A stretch of DNA of 64,000 nucleotides from an uncultured delta proteobacterium. GTDB taxonomy: Bacteria > Desulfobacterota > Binatia > Binatales > Binataceae. A program made the translations under genes and the position numbers. The stretch spans positions 32,001 through 96,000 of the forward strand of contig CAVRVY010000001.1 in assembly GCA_963724765.1 (NCBI GenBank), read 5' to 3'. Below, piece by piece: positions 1 to 11,730 of this stretch (position 1 is its first letter; every line of letters starts with the position of its first letter). The notes beneath the pieces are model-generated. The model was not told where the DNA came from. It did not search any database and saw only the letters and a list, made by a program, of their open reading frames with translations.

Positions 1-2
1 CC

Positions 3-1410
3 TTAGGCTGGGCGTGGTGAGGTTTTTGGCCGCCACATCAATGCGATCTCTTCAAGGGTCTTACCGCGGGTTTCCGGTACCCAACCCACGATGAAAATCA
101 TCGCTGATATCGCCATTGCTGCATAGAGGAGGAACAATGACGGTCCCATTAGAGAACGCAAAATCGGAAAAGTCAGAGAGACAACAAAGTTCGCCAGCCA
201 GTTTGCGGCTGTCGCGACGGCCGCTGCTCGCGCGCGAACGCGATTGGGAAAGATTTCCGAAATCATCAGCCACACGATGGGCCCCAGCGAAAAAGCGAAG
301 CACACGATAAAAACCCCGACGCATGCGACAGTAACCGGCGCGGCCAGTTGCGGGGAGAACTTCAGCGCGGGTCCAAAAAGTTGCGCGCCTCCAAGCATCC
401 CCAAGCTGAGAGTCATGCCGATCAGCCCCGCGAGTAAAAGCGGCTTACGTCCAACGCGATCAACCAGCCAAATGGCGACGATGGTTGAGAAGACGTTAAC
501 TACGCCGATCCCACTGGTTGCCGCGAGCGCGGTGGAGGCACTGCTGAGGCCAGCCTGCCGGAAGATTATAGGCGCGTAGTAAATGATCGTATTGATACCC
601 GTGACTTGCTGGAATACCGCGAGCCCCACTCCCACAATGAGCGCCGGGCGAAGCGAGCGATCCAGCAACTCTGACCATGCGGCTGGTTGCTCGTGGGCAA
701 GGTCTTTCTCGATTTCACTTTCCTCGATCCCCGCCTCCTTAGGATCGCGAATCTTCAGCAGGACCGAACGCGCCGTCGCCTTGGCGCCGCTCTTCAACAG
801 CCACCGAGGCGACTCAGGCATAGAAAGCATGCCGAAAAATAGAATCAAGCCCGGCACGGCGCCCAAACCAAGCATCCAGCGCCATGCTTCATGTGGTGCC
901 AGTGCATGATCGCAAATGTATGAAACGAGGATGCCCACCGTGACCGCGAGCTGAAAAAGAGAAACCAGTCTTCCGCGGACGGCTGCCGGAGCCATCTCTG
1001 CGATGTACATCGGCGCAGTCCCGGAGGTCAGACCGATTGCCACGCCAATCACGAGTCGGGAGACGATCAGCACGGACAGGCCGCTCGCAAACGCAGAGGC
1101 CAGCGCACTCACAACAAACAATGCGCCGGCCCGAATCAGGGTGGGGCGACGTCCAGAATCAATCGGCCAAGGAACCTCCGCCCAATGCTCCGAAGAGCGC
1201 TCCCAGCGTCACCACGCTGACCAGTAACCCTACAGCTGCGGGGCTCAGCGCGAACACAGGAGTTATGAACATGATGGCGCCTGAAATCACTCCGGTATCG
1301 AAACCAAAGAGGAGACCGCCGGTCGCCGCGACAAGGGTAACCATCGCGACGTAAAGAGGAGCTCGAGACTTTGCGGGCATCGTTTCGGAAGACACGGGCT
1401 GGCTCATCAC
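3..1410 (-). CDS. Sugar porter family MFS transporter (frameshift near 1160)
   Basis: ORF 1159..1410 has [15 protein letters not shown]; ORF 3..1121 has [28 protein letters not shown] and [11 protein letters not shown] sugar-porter motifs. Confidence 0.9.
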
Positions 1411-1920
1411 TGCCTCTTTTTCGGACTGTCTCTAAGTTCTCGACTGTCGCACACTCGAAGGCCTTACGGGTGCGAAAAGAGAGTCCGGGCAGGCCGGTTT
1501 TTACGGAGTCAGAGCGCTGCTGGGAGGAGTGCCGCCGGTCAAATTCCGCTACCACACACTCGCGTGCAAGTCGATGAAGGGACTGGCCTTTCTTTCGCGT
1601 CCAATCGCACGCATCGGGTTGATCGTCGAGCTGGACAGAAATCTCCTCGTCACCACGAAAGACGCCGAAATGGCGGGCAGCCCTGCGATTGAGGAAATCA
1701 CATTCATCGGTGTTTCAGGTCTCAATGGTGAATTTTTGCCCGCTCGCCTTCGCGACAGTGAGGTCTGTGCGCTGGTTAGCTTCCCGTACCTCGCACTCAC
1801 ATGCTAGTTCAAAAACAAGCGGGTGTATTCCGTGGTCTGGTCGTAGCGATCAAATACTTGAGCACGCTCGTTTCCTGGAGAGGTGCGCTGCACTAGCGAG
1901 CGCGGGACAACGGGGTCGGA

Positions 1921-1968
1921 AGTGAGGACAAAATGATTATCCTGGCTGGTGACATCGGCGGTACCCAC
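1921..1968 (+). repeat. 48-bp exact copy of the glucokinase RBS and first 12 codons (second copy 3481..3528)
   Basis: agtgaggacaaaatgattatcctggctggtgacatcggcggtacccac occurs identically at 1921 and 3481. Confidence 0.95.
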
Positions 1969-2120
1969 CGCCGCGATGATGCTGGCGGGCGCGGCGGCTT
2001 GTTTCGCGCTCCGGCCGCTCGCCATGCTGCGCTGCTGGCATCTGATCGCCAGATCGGCGCAAAGGCAGGCGCCGGCGAACGCCGCCGACAGGCAAAGGGA
2101 CGACCGCGGGAGGCGTTGAC

Positions 2121-3368
2121 ATGAGTGCGGCCGTACTGATTTGCGGCAAGGTGTTCGACGGGTCATCGGATGTCCTGACCGGCCCCGCGGAGATCTCGTC
2201 GAGCAAAATCGTATCGCGGAAATCGGGCGATCGGTGCGTCGGCCCGCTGACGCATCTACGATCGACCTTTCGGACCGAACAGTGAGCCCCGGATTTATCG
2301 ACACCCACGTGCATCTGACGATGGATGCGGCCAATTTGGCACAGCAAACTCTCGAATCATCAGCGAGCAAAGCTCTAAAGGCTCTCGGTCTCGCGCGTGA
2401 ATACATGAGTTATGGCTTTACGACCGTGCGCGATCTTGGCAGCGCCGATCCTGATTGGCCAACCGTCGATCTTCGCAACGCGCTAAACGCCGGGTTGGTC
2501 GAAGGACCACGGCTGATCGCCGCCGCGCATATCATCAGCGCAAGCGCCGGCCATGGCGACTTGCGCGGATTTTACAACGCCCGCTGGAAGTTGCCGGTTT
2601 CGGCCATTGCCGATGATCAAGGAAGTATTCGGAAGCTGGTGCGGCGTGAGCACATCTTTGGCGGCGATTGGATCAAGACTACGAACACCGGCGGCTACTT
2701 CAGCCCCGGCGATGATCCCGAGCGCGTCACATGGTTCGATGACGAGTTCGCGGTGTTAGCCGCGACCGCCCGCCAGCTCGGCATGCCGCTCGCCGTGCAT
2801 ACGGGCGCTGCCGAGGGTTGCAAACAGGCGATCCGCTTCGGTGCACGCAGCCTTGAGCACGCCTACCTGATCGACACGGAAGGGATCGAGATGGCTGAAC
2901 GGGCCGGGGCTTACATCGTGCCGACGATGCAGATGACTCTGGAAGATCTGCGCGAAATGCAGGCCGGTACGCTACCCAGCCAGGCGGTGTGGAAGTTCCG
3001 GCGTGACAACGAAAGGATCCTGGAATCCCAGCGATTGATTGCGGGAAGCAAAGTGAAGATCGCCTACGGCACCGATTGTGGGATGTTTCCCGTTCAATCA
3101 TGGGATCTTGGAGTTTCAGGCGATGGTCAAGGCAGGATTGAGCTCAATTCGAGCGCTCAAGTCAGCGACCAGCGTCGCGGCGGAGCTGCTTGGCCGCGCT
3201 GATTTAGGGATGCTCGCCCCCGGCATGCTCGCCGATATCGTCGGAATGATCGGCGATCCGCTTGCCGATATCGCCGCCACAGCGAGAGTCGATTTCGTAA
3301 TGAAAGATGGCGCGGTTTATCCCGCTCTCAAGCGTGAATTTAAACCGGAACCGTCGCCGCATTGCTGA
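2121..3368 (+). CDS. Metal-dependent amidohydrolase (Xaa-Pro dipeptidase-like; frameshifts near 2195 and 3090)
   Basis: PGFIDTHVHL HxH motif, GFTTVRDLG, AVHT, SLEHAY, YGTDCG; C-terminus LAPGMLADIV...VDFVMKDG lies in a second frame. Confidence 0.88.
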
Positions 3369-3492
3369 AAAGTGTTCGCTTCGGTGATAACCGGGCGGAA
3401 CCGCGAGTGCAATTGCGATCAAAGGCTCCTAGCACAGCAGCGCTTCGACAGCGCCTTGGGTGCAGGCACACCCGGCCGACAGTGAGGACAAA

Positions 3493-4473
3493 ATGATTAT
3501 CCTGGCTGGTGACATCGGCGGTACCCACAGTCGAATCGCTTACTTTTCCGTTGCACAGGACGAAATCAAGCCCGTCGCTGAGGAGGTCTATCTCAGCGCC
3601 GACTATACTGGGCTCGCCACGATCGTAACCAAGTTTGTCACGAGTCATCGAGCAGACTGCAAGCACGCGTGCTTTGGTGTTGCCGGTCCGGTGCATGACG
3701 GTCAGGTCAAGGTCACAAATTTGCCCTGGACCGTCGATGCGTCGGCGCTGGCGAGTGAACTCGGCCTCGAGCGAGTCACCCTTATCAACGACTTGGAGGC
3801 GATTGCTTATAGCGTTGACGTACTGAAGCCGCAAGACTTCGTAATTCTGAATGAGGGAGATCCGAAAGCCGCAGGCAACGCGGCGGTAATAGCGGCAGGT
3901 ACCGGATTGGGCGAGGCCGGGCTTTACTGGGATGGTACTCGCCGCGATCCTTTCGCATGCGAGGGTGGCCATACTAACTTTGCGTCCACCAATGACTTGG
4001 AGGACGAATTGCTTCGATACTTGCGCGCGCAATTCGGGCACGTCAGTTGGGAGCGCGTAGTTTCGGGGATGGGATTCGTCAACCTCTACAACTTTCTCCG
4101 TGATACTGGCCACGGTGCAAAGACTGACTTTATCGATTTCGAGGCGACGCAGGAGGATCCCGCGGCTCAGATCTCGCGACACGGACTCGACGGAACGAAC
4201 GGGATGTGCGTGCAGGCGCTAGACATGTTTGTCTCGCTCTATGGTAATGAAGCCGGCAACCTTGCACTCAAGCTCATGGCGACTGGCGGAATTTTCATCG
4301 GAGGTGGGATCGCTCCGAGAATCCTCAAGAAACTTCGCGATTCGAGTTTTCTCACGGCTTTCACCGCGAAGGGGCGAATGAGCAAAGTTCTGAAAGCTAT
4401 TCCGGTTCGGGTAATTCTAAGCGACAAAACCGGCTTACTTGGAGCCGCCCGCTGCGGCGCTCTGAAGGCGTAG
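3493..4473 (+). CDS. glk: Glucokinase
   Basis: ILAGDIGGT, GVAGPV, LINDLEA, GTGLGEA, EGGH, GGIFIGGGI motifs. Confidence 0.93.
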   Translation: MIILAGDIGGTHSRIAYFSVAQDEIKPVAEEVYLSADYTGLATIVTKFVTSHRADCKHACFGVAGPVHDGQVKVTNLPWTVDASALASELGLERVTLINDLEAIAYSVDVLKPQDFVILNEGDPKAAGNAAVIAAGTGLGEAGLYWDGTRRDPFACEGGHTNFASTNDLEDELLRYLRAQFGHVSWERVVSGMGFVNLYNFLRDTGHGAKTDFIDFEATQEDPAAQISRHGLDGTNGMCVQALDMFVSLYGNEAGNLALKLMATGGIFIGGGIAPRILKKLRDSSFLTAFTAKGRMSKVLKAIPVRVILSDKTGLLGAARCGALKA

Positions 4474-4567
4474 ACTCTCTTGTCTGAGCAAACTGCCTGC
4501 CTTGCGCCGCAGGCCATCCGCGAGGTCCTAAGAGAGAGCCAACGTCACGGTTTATGCGAGTCAAGTC

Positions 4568-5916
4568 ATGCGCCATTTCGTTCTGAGATCGCCGATCGCG
4601 TGCCTCCTGCTCGGCTTCATACTTCCTATAGCGTCTGCACGCGCGCAAACATTCTCGACCCCCTGGATGCACTCCGCCCAGGGAGATTGGGCGACTCCGT
4701 GGGGTGTGATCGATCCCCGGATTTTGTTTTTCCCCCATCCTGGGGGCAGCTAACAGGTGCCACCGGAAATTGGGGTGGATTGCGCAGTCAGCTCTCCGAG
4801 ACCGGAATCTCTTTTTTCGGGTCGTATGAAAGCGAATCCGCCGGCAACCCGGTCGGAGGAGAGGTGCACAAGTTGCGGTACACGCATAACATTGCGCTCG
4901 GGATCGCAGTGGATCTGCACCAGCTGGTAGGTCTCACCGATACCTACCTGCTTGCGTCCGCTTCGGAACGTACCGGCAATAGTCTGTCGCAGGACATACC
5001 CAACTTTTTCAACGTCCAGCAAATCTACGGCCATCAAACGATACGGCTGGTGGACCTGGCGGTCGAAAAGCTATTGTTCGACAAGAAGCTGGATATCGTT
5101 GGCGGCCGTGTCAACGCACTCGATGACTTCGCGACATCACCACTTTACTGTTTTGCGCAAAACCTTGGCTTCTGCGGAAATCCGCTGAGCATCTCTACAA
5201 ATGCTTCAGTGCCCAGCTACCCCGGGACTGCCTGGGGTATCCGCGCGCGCTACGAGATCTCGAGTCAGCTCTACACGATGACGGGCGCGTATAATACCTA
5301 TCTCCATTTCCGCGACGATAAATTCCACGGCGTTGACTTCAGCATCCGACACAATTCTGGCGTCGCGATCATGGAGGAACTCGGCTATTCGCCCAAGCCG
5401 CTGCGAGACATCGGATATCCTGGGAATTTCAAGCTCGGCGGGCTGTATGACTCAGAGCCAAGGCTGCAATTCGAAAGCGGTCAAATGCGCGGCGGGACTT
5501 GGCAGATTTACGCGACGGCCCAGCAGCGACTGTTACCTCTCCCGACGGGCGCTACGAACCCTCACCAAGGGTTGTGGGGATTCCTGGCACTTACGTATGC
5601 GCCGCCGAAGATGAACCAGCTTGAATATTTCGGAGACACGGGACTTTTGTACTTCGGCCTGATCCCACATCGGCCTAACGATGAGTTAGGCCTGTTTGGA
5701 GTGTGGGGGAAATTTTCAAGCGATCTCCAGGATTCGGAAAGCGCGAGCAATCAGCCGATAATGACGCATGAGGCGATCATCGAGGCCAACTATATGTATA
5801 ATGTAACGCCATCGCTAACGGTACAGCCGGATATTCAAGGCGTGTTCCGACCTAATGGAACTGGCCTGACCAGTGACACGCTCGTACTCGGTGTTCAAGT
5901 CGCAATAACCCTTTAG
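4568..5916 (+). CDS. oprB: Carbohydrate-selective porin, OprB family (frameshift after the signal peptide, ~4690-4730)
   Basis: Signal-peptide-like start at 4568; TGNWGGLRSQL, QQIYG, FCGNP and VQPDIQ..RPNG OprB-type motifs. Confidence 0.85.
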
Positions 5917-6053
5917 AGAATTGAGCGTGACGATCTCAGCGCCGAGCGATTTACCGGTCATGTACGATGTGCGTATCACACGCGGGTCGATTCTTGTTGA
6001 CAGACTCGGAAGCGGGTCCAATCCCCGATGGCGAACGACGATAGCTCCTTAAG

Positions 6054-7667
6054 TTACGGACAGTTTTTGTTTCCAGCGCCGACGAAGGCCAGGAAGGTGA
6101 TGCTTGCTGGCGCGAATTCGACATGATTCGACGCAAGGCGTCTGCCATCGAGACTGGGAAGTTCACCGTCGTCGTCCAACCTGAGCTCATGTCCATTCAA
6201 CTGGAGCCGGGAATCCTCTAGCTTCTGCGCCGTCAAGGTGTAGCGGTCCGCCGACATTGGTAGGTCAATGGATTCCATTTTAGTCCGATTCGTATTGATC
6301 GCTAGCAGCGTCACTCCGCCGGGATGGTCGGGCAAGCAATGCGCGTAGACGTGTAGTCCGGGATGAGATGGCCCGGCATTGAGGACTGTCCGACCCATGA
6401 GTTTGCGCCACAAAAGAGCGGCCCAGTAATTGGGACGTGGCGTGAGTGTGTTTTGATCGATCAGGCCATATTCGCTCGACGCGAGCGTGTTGTGGAAAAC
6501 GACTTTAATGCCACGCTTGGCCATACGACCGTGCTGGTCGAGGTAGCGGAAGGTGTCGAGAAACGTGGATGCCCAGGGATTGCCGCCGCATGCCGCATCG
6601 GCTGTCTCGGTCACCCACACCGGCTTGCCCGGTTCGAAACGGTCGCCGAGAACTCGATAAAAGGCATCTATCTCATCCGGGCGAGCGAGCCACTCTTCCG
6701 ACAGCGCCGCGCCATCGGTCGTGCCAGCTATCCCACCGCCGAGAGATGCGCAGCGCTCGGAAGCGGCCGCATAGGAATGGTAGGAGAATACGTCGAATTC
6801 CGGCCTCGGGGTAGCAGCAAATATGTCCGCTGTTTTGATCAGCGGGCCCGGCATGAGCTTAATCCCTTCCCCGACAGACCCGGGACCGACGATTAACATG
6901 TCGGGGGCAGTCGCCCTGGCGAACGCCTGAAAGACGGAAAAGTCCCGTGCATAAGACGCGGCGTCATAGCCTGGAGGGGCGCCCCCCATAGCCGCAAAAG
7001 ATGGCTCATTGAAGAATTCCGCCGCAACGATTTCGCCGCCGACGGACTTCGTATAGGCGAGAAATCTTCGTGCCTGATCGGGCGTCCAGACGCCGGTCGA
7101 GTCGCGAACGCCCTGGCTTATGGAGAACGATGTTACTAGCTTCGCGTTCACCGCTTTTGAAAAATCGATGACGCCCGCCCATTCGCGGCGCGTCAAAATA
7201 CCCTGGAAGCCTTGGGGCGGGGTCGTGAGGGCAGCGTCGTCCGAATCCTCGAAATATACGGAGTTCGCCCACGTGCCGCTCACGCGCACGTATGTGGGCG
7301 CAAGTGCGGCGGCCAGCTTGCGTAAGCGCGCGTTCGAGAGGTCAACCGGTGGTCGGGCCTCGAAGATAGCCGCGTCTTGGCCTATTTGGAGAGCCGCTGC
7401 GCCACTCGATTTGGATGCCGTAGCTGCAGTCTTGGCCTTTGGGGCAGTTTCGCGCTGGCTCTTGTAAGGCTTCCAGAATTTGGCGCCGATAACCTCGGCC
7501 ATCTCAACGTTGTACGACTGGTAACGGTCATCTACCGAGGCGACACGCGGCATTGTAGCAGGCACCAGGGAGACGGAAGCTGCATTTGTGGAGCTTGCGG
7601 AACCCGCTGCTGCGAGGGCGGCGACCAGCACCAATGCCCAAAACCTATCAGAGCAGTCGTTCTTCAT
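6054..7667 (-). CDS. Secreted glycoside hydrolase family 79 (beta-glucuronidase/heparanase-like)
   Basis: Signal peptide; LAPTYVRVSGT, EFFNEP acid/base, WVTETADAACGG nucleophile, YGLIDQNTLTPRPNYW. Confidence 0.85.
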   Translation of the reverse strand: MKNDCSDRFWALVLVAALAAAGSASSTNAASVSLVPATMPRVASVDDRYQSYNVEMAEVIGAKFWKPYKSQRETAPKAKTAATASKSSGAAALQIGQDAAIFEARPPVDLSNARLRKLAAALAPTYVRVSGTWANSVYFEDSDDAALTTPPQGFQGILTRREWAGVIDFSKAVNAKLVTSFSISQGVRDSTGVWTPDQARRFLAYTKSVGGEIVAAEFFNEPSFAAMGGAPPGYDAASYARDFSVFQAFARATAPDMLIVGPGSVGEGIKLMPGPLIKTADIFAATPRPEFDVFSYHSYAAASERCASLGGGIAGTTDGAALSEEWLARPDEIDAFYRVLGDRFEPGKPVWVTETADAACGGNPWASTFLDTFRYLDQHGRMAKRGIKVVFHNTLASSEYGLIDQNTLTPRPNYWAALLWRKLMGRTVLNAGPSHPGLHVYAHCLPDHPGGVTLLAINTNRTKMESIDLPMSADRYTLTAQKLEDSRLQLNGHELRLDDDGELPSLDGRRLASNHVEFAPASITFLAFVGAGNKNCP

Positions 7668-7989
7668 TTTCTGCCCACGCTTGAAGCGAGCGGTTGTACT
7701 CTTGGGCGGCTGGATCTCTCGAAGACGAAGGTCAGCGGACCTTCGAGAGATTCAATAGACCCCGAGAAGACGCAACGGATGCCTTCTCTTTATCTCGGAG
7801 ACGAGATTCACGGAAGAGCCGATTGGGCAGAGAAAGCGTACACCGCTTTGGCCGATCGACTGTAGATCTCTTGCGGTTTGCCGTATTCGGCACAGAGTGG
7901 TAGCTAATCATGCATTGGCTGTCCCAAGTACGAGCCTCGATGCCTGAAGGATTGTGAAAGGGCCTTCGGTCAAAGTGACGACGGTCTTT

Positions 7990-8034
7990 TCCACCTCTGC
8001 CGCATCCACCTCTGCCGCATCCACCTCTGCCGCA
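7990..8034 (+). repeat. Tandem repeat TCCACCTCTGCCGCA x3, upstream of the FMN reductase
   Basis: Three exact 15-bp units read directly from the sequence. Confidence 0.95.
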
Positions 8035-8079
8035 TTGCCGGCATCGCGCGCTTCGCGAAAACGGAGGAAGACAGGTTCA

Positions 8080-8646
8080 ATGAGCACCACGCGAAAAATA
8101 GCAGTGTTCGTCGGAAGCCTCCGCAAAGGCTCATATAATCGCATGACCGCCAAAGTTCTAGCGGCGCTTGCGCCTGAGGGACTTGAGCTCGAAATTGTCG
8201 AGATTGGACAGCTTCCCCTATACAACCAGGACAGCGACGATGAAGGAAGGCCCGCTCCAGCATGGGTTGCGTTCCGCGAAAAGGTCAAGGCAGCTGACGC
8301 CGTTTTGTTCGTGACGCCGGAATACAATCGATCGGTTCCAGGGGTGCTCAAAAATGCGATCGATGTAGGCTCTCGTCCGTACGGACATAGTGCCTGGGAG
8401 GGCAAGCCTGGTGCCGTGATCAGCGTGTCGCTGGGTGCGATCGGCGGTTTCGGCGCAAATCAACACCTGCGGCAGTCATGTGTATTCCTGAACGTCCCCA
8501 CAATGCAGCAGCCGGAGGCCTATATCGCACGTGCCGCAACTCTCTTCGACAAAGAAGGAAATATCACGAACGAGAGCACACGAAAGTTCTTGAAAGGTTT
8601 CATCGACGCCTTCGCTGAGTGGGTCGACGTTCTCATTGCCCATTGA
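8080..8646 (+). CDS. NADPH-dependent FMN reductase (ChrR-like)
   Basis: VGSLRKGSYN, FVTPEYNRSVPGVLKNAID, GGFGANQHLRQ. Confidence 0.92.
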   Translation: MSTTRKIAVFVGSLRKGSYNRMTAKVLAALAPEGLELEIVEIGQLPLYNQDSDDEGRPAPAWVAFREKVKAADAVLFVTPEYNRSVPGVLKNAIDVGSRPYGHSAWEGKPGAVISVSLGAIGGFGANQHLRQSCVFLNVPTMQQPEAYIARAATLFDKEGNITNESTRKFLKGFIDAFAEWVDVLIAH

Positions 8647-8705
8647 ATCGCATCATGCGCCATCTCGCGCGCGGAAACGAATAAATACTACAGGAGGAAT
8701 CTAAC

Positions 8706-9291
8706 ATGAGTAACCCGGCTGTATCTAATAAAAGGCTTAGTTCGCAACTTGAGATTGATTACCCTGATTTCTCGAAATTGCCTGAGCCAGTGAAGCAAAA
8801 ATACGAAAGCTTACCTACAGTAGTGAACATTTTCCGAATGCTGGGTTACAGCTCAGGTACCTTCGTGGAAATCATAAATCTAACCAATGCCATATTCAAG
8901 AAACTTAAACTATCCGACTACCACAAAGAGCTTCTTGTTCTGCAGGTGGCTGCGCATGAAGGCAATGTCTATGAATGGGAGCAACATGTTTCCATTTCTC
9001 AAGCGGCAGGCGTTCGCGCAGATCAATTCATTGCCATTGCTGAACAACGCTTTGAGGACGGTGAAGCATTTGTGCTGCGTGAACGTATTCTGTTGAATTT
9101 TGGAAAGATAATACTCCAACAAGGCAAAGCGCCGACAGTTGTGTTTCAAGCACACGCTTGAGCACTTCACGATTGAAGAATTGTCTGACGCCATGATTGT
9201 CATTGGCTATTACAAATTATTATCAATTTACACCCAGACCTTCAAAGTTCCGATTGATCCGCAAGAGGACGGAAGCTGGGTTAAAGGGTAA
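8706..9291 (+). pseudogene. Carboxymuconolactone decarboxylase/AhpD-like protein, frameshifted near 9150 and 9215
   Basis: NIFRML, ELLVLQVA..YEWEQH motif; the C-terminus continues in other frames to TAA at 9291; low GC. Confidence 0.7.
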
Positions 9292-9326
9292 GGACACAAC
9301 AGTTCCTAGTAAAGGAGGAATTAGCT

Positions 9327-10163
9327 ATGAATCAAAGAAATGGATTTGTAGGACTAGGGACAATGGGCTTTCCGATGGCGGTTAATTTAAAGAAAGCTGG
9401 TTTTGAAGTAATTGGTTATGATTCCTTTAAAGGTGCTTATGAGAAGGCAGAAGCTGCGGGAATAAGAATGGTAGGAACTTTAAAAGAAATGGCCGAACAA
9501 GCTGACGAAGCGATGATCTCAATGGTTCGTGACCATGCCCAAAATGTTGACATTATTTTTGGTGAGGGCGGTCTGTTATCTGCTCAAACTAAAGGCGAAA
9601 CAATTATTGTCATGAGTGCACTTGATCCTGAGACAATGAATGAATTAGGCAAACAAGTCGAAGAAGAAAGTGATTTAAGATTAATTAGCGCTGCAGTGAG
9701 CGGGGGTGCTTCAGGTGCCAAAGCCGGAACACTATCGATTATGACGGCTGGCTCAGAAGACATCGTAAAATCTTTCCGACCATACTTCGATGCCATGGGA
9801 TCCAAGATCTTTTACTATGGCGCGAAGCCAGGAAATAGCCAAGTGGCAAAGTTAGTCAATAACATGATTCTAGGTATTAACATGAATGCCGTGGCGGAAG
9901 GACTGAAATTAGCGAATCACTATAACTTACCCTAAGAAGAGCTATTCAACTTACTAAAAGTGAGTACGGGTGACAGTTGGGTAGTCAGAAATTGGAGCGA
10001 TGTCTCAGGATGGACAGCTGACACTGCCTTAGCCGTGTTACTGAAAGATTTGAAGGCGACGTACAACGAAGGGCTTCAACACAATCGAACGTTACCGTTT
10101 AATGCCCTATCATCCACACAATTATTTAATTCTATGGGAAAAGAAAAGCGAGAAACCAGATAA
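9327..10163 (+). pseudogene. 3-hydroxyisobutyrate/tartronate semialdehyde dehydrogenase family NAD(P)-oxidoreductase with in-frame stop at 9933-9935
   Basis: GFVGLGTMG Rossmann motif, AVSGG, AKLVNN; after TAA the same frame continues EELFNLLKVSTGDSW...LLKDL. Confidence 0.85.
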
Positions 10164-10268
10164 TGTGTTTTTGTCGCACGTGTTCCCCGTCAGTGCAAGT
10201 TGGACAGTGAAAGAAGCGCGCTGAAGATACCTCACCATGGTAAGGGCGTAACCAAGGAAGGATTGCTC

Positions 10269-11645
10269 GTGGATCCGAGGACGCAAAGCCCAACAATCAC
10301 GCGAATACTTCTGTTAGGCGGCGGTTTCGCCGGGATCTACACCGCGCGCCGTCTAGAGAAGCTGTTTGCTGGCCGGCGCGACGTCGAGATCGTCCTGGTC
10401 AGTCGCGATAACTTTCTACTGATGACGCCGCTGATGTTCGAAGTCTGTTCGGGAACGCTGGGGGCAAGCGATTGCTCGATCTCGATCCGGGAGTTTTTGC
10501 GAAAAGTAAGGTTCGTTGAAGCGTCGGTCGATGAGATCGACCTGGAGCATCGCCTCGTCCGAATTTCCTCGGGCGATGCTAACAAACGAGAGTTGCCTTA
10601 CGACCAGCTTGTGCTCGCACTGGGCAGTTTGACCAATACGAGTCGGATTCCCGGCTCGGAGTTCGCGTTCACGTTTAAGACACTCGCCGACGCCATTTTG
10701 CTCCGCAACCATGTGATCGAGCGAATGGAGCGGGCGGAGGCCAAATCCGAGCGGACGCTGCGCCGGCGCGATCTAACGTTCGTGGTCATCGGAGGCGGCC
10801 TTGTTGGCGTGGAAATCTTCGGTGAATTGACTGCCTTCATGGACGAAATCCTTCGCTACTACCCGGGCATCCGCCGTGAGGAGATTCGGCTTTATCTTCT
10901 AGAAGCAAGCGGAAAAATCATGCCGGAGTTTTCAGAGAAACTGGCCGAGTATTCCACTCGCGTGCTCTCGAAGCGGAAAGGAGTCAGCATTCGCGTCAAC
11001 TCACCTGTCGAGCGCATCACGGCGGGCCAAGTTCATCTGAAAGACGAAATTCTTGAGGCTTCGACTATAGTTCTCTCGGCCGGCGTTGTGCCATCGCCAA
11101 TAGTTGCAAAGCTACCGATCCAAAAAGACAGGCATAGCAAGATCGCGGTCGAAGCGACAATGAGATGCAAGGAGCATCCGGAAGTCTGGGCGGCGGGAGA
11201 CTGCGCGTCAATACCCGATCCAACAGGCAGGCCGTATCCTGATCTCGCTCAGCACGCGATGCGCGAAGCGAAGGTTTTGGCCGACAACATTTATGCGACG
11301 GTCAATCAGTTGCCGATGAAACCATTCCTGTACAAGACGAAGGGCGTTATGGCATCTCTGGGACACCACCGCGGAGTGGCGGCAGCGATGGGCATTCCGC
11401 TTCGTGGGTTTTCGGCGTGGTGGCTTCGACGCAGCTATTACCTCTTGGTCACGCCGCGGATGCCTCAGCGCGTTCGACTCGTTGCAGACTGGACGATCGG
11501 TCTTTTGTTTCACCCGTCTTTGAGCAAGATCGATCTCAGCACTGAACGAGAAATGCTACTCCGCTATGCCGCCGTCGGAGCGCTCGCCGAGAGCGGACGC
11601 GCACCGGAGTTGAAGAGCGCTATCGCTCCGGAAAACGCTCGCTGA
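10269..11645 (+). CDS. ndh: Type II NADH dehydrogenase (FAD-dependent)
   Basis: LLGGGFAG, YDQLVLALGS, VIGGGLVGVE, WAAGDCA, AQHAMRE. Confidence 0.88.
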   Translation: MDPRTQSPTITRILLLGGGFAGIYTARRLEKLFAGRRDVEIVLVSRDNFLLMTPLMFEVCSGTLGASDCSISIREFLRKVRFVEASVDEIDLEHRLVRISSGDANKRELPYDQLVLALGSLTNTSRIPGSEFAFTFKTLADAILLRNHVIERMERAEAKSERTLRRRDLTFVVIGGGLVGVEIFGELTAFMDEILRYYPGIRREEIRLYLLEASGKIMPEFSEKLAEYSTRVLSKRKGVSIRVNSPVERITAGQVHLKDEILEASTIVLSAGVVPSPIVAKLPIQKDRHSKIAVEATMRCKEHPEVWAAGDCASIPDPTGRPYPDLAQHAMREAKVLADNIYATVNQLPMKPFLYKTKGVMASLGHHRGVAAAMGIPLRGFSAWWLRRSYYLLVTPRMPQRVRLVADWTIGLLFHPSLSKIDLSTEREMLLRYAAVGALAESGRAPELKSAIAPENAR

Positions 11646-11730
11646 ACTTTGAAGCTAGAATCTGTGAGGCCTGGAGTACTCGGCGCGATTGACGAAGAAA
11701 GCAGCCGAGAGTGTTGACGGGGGAAATGTC

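Noticed and set aside
1430-1920. Short ORFs between the sugar porter and the glk-start duplicate
   Set aside because: No recognisable motifs; likely a divergent promoter region or decayed sequence.
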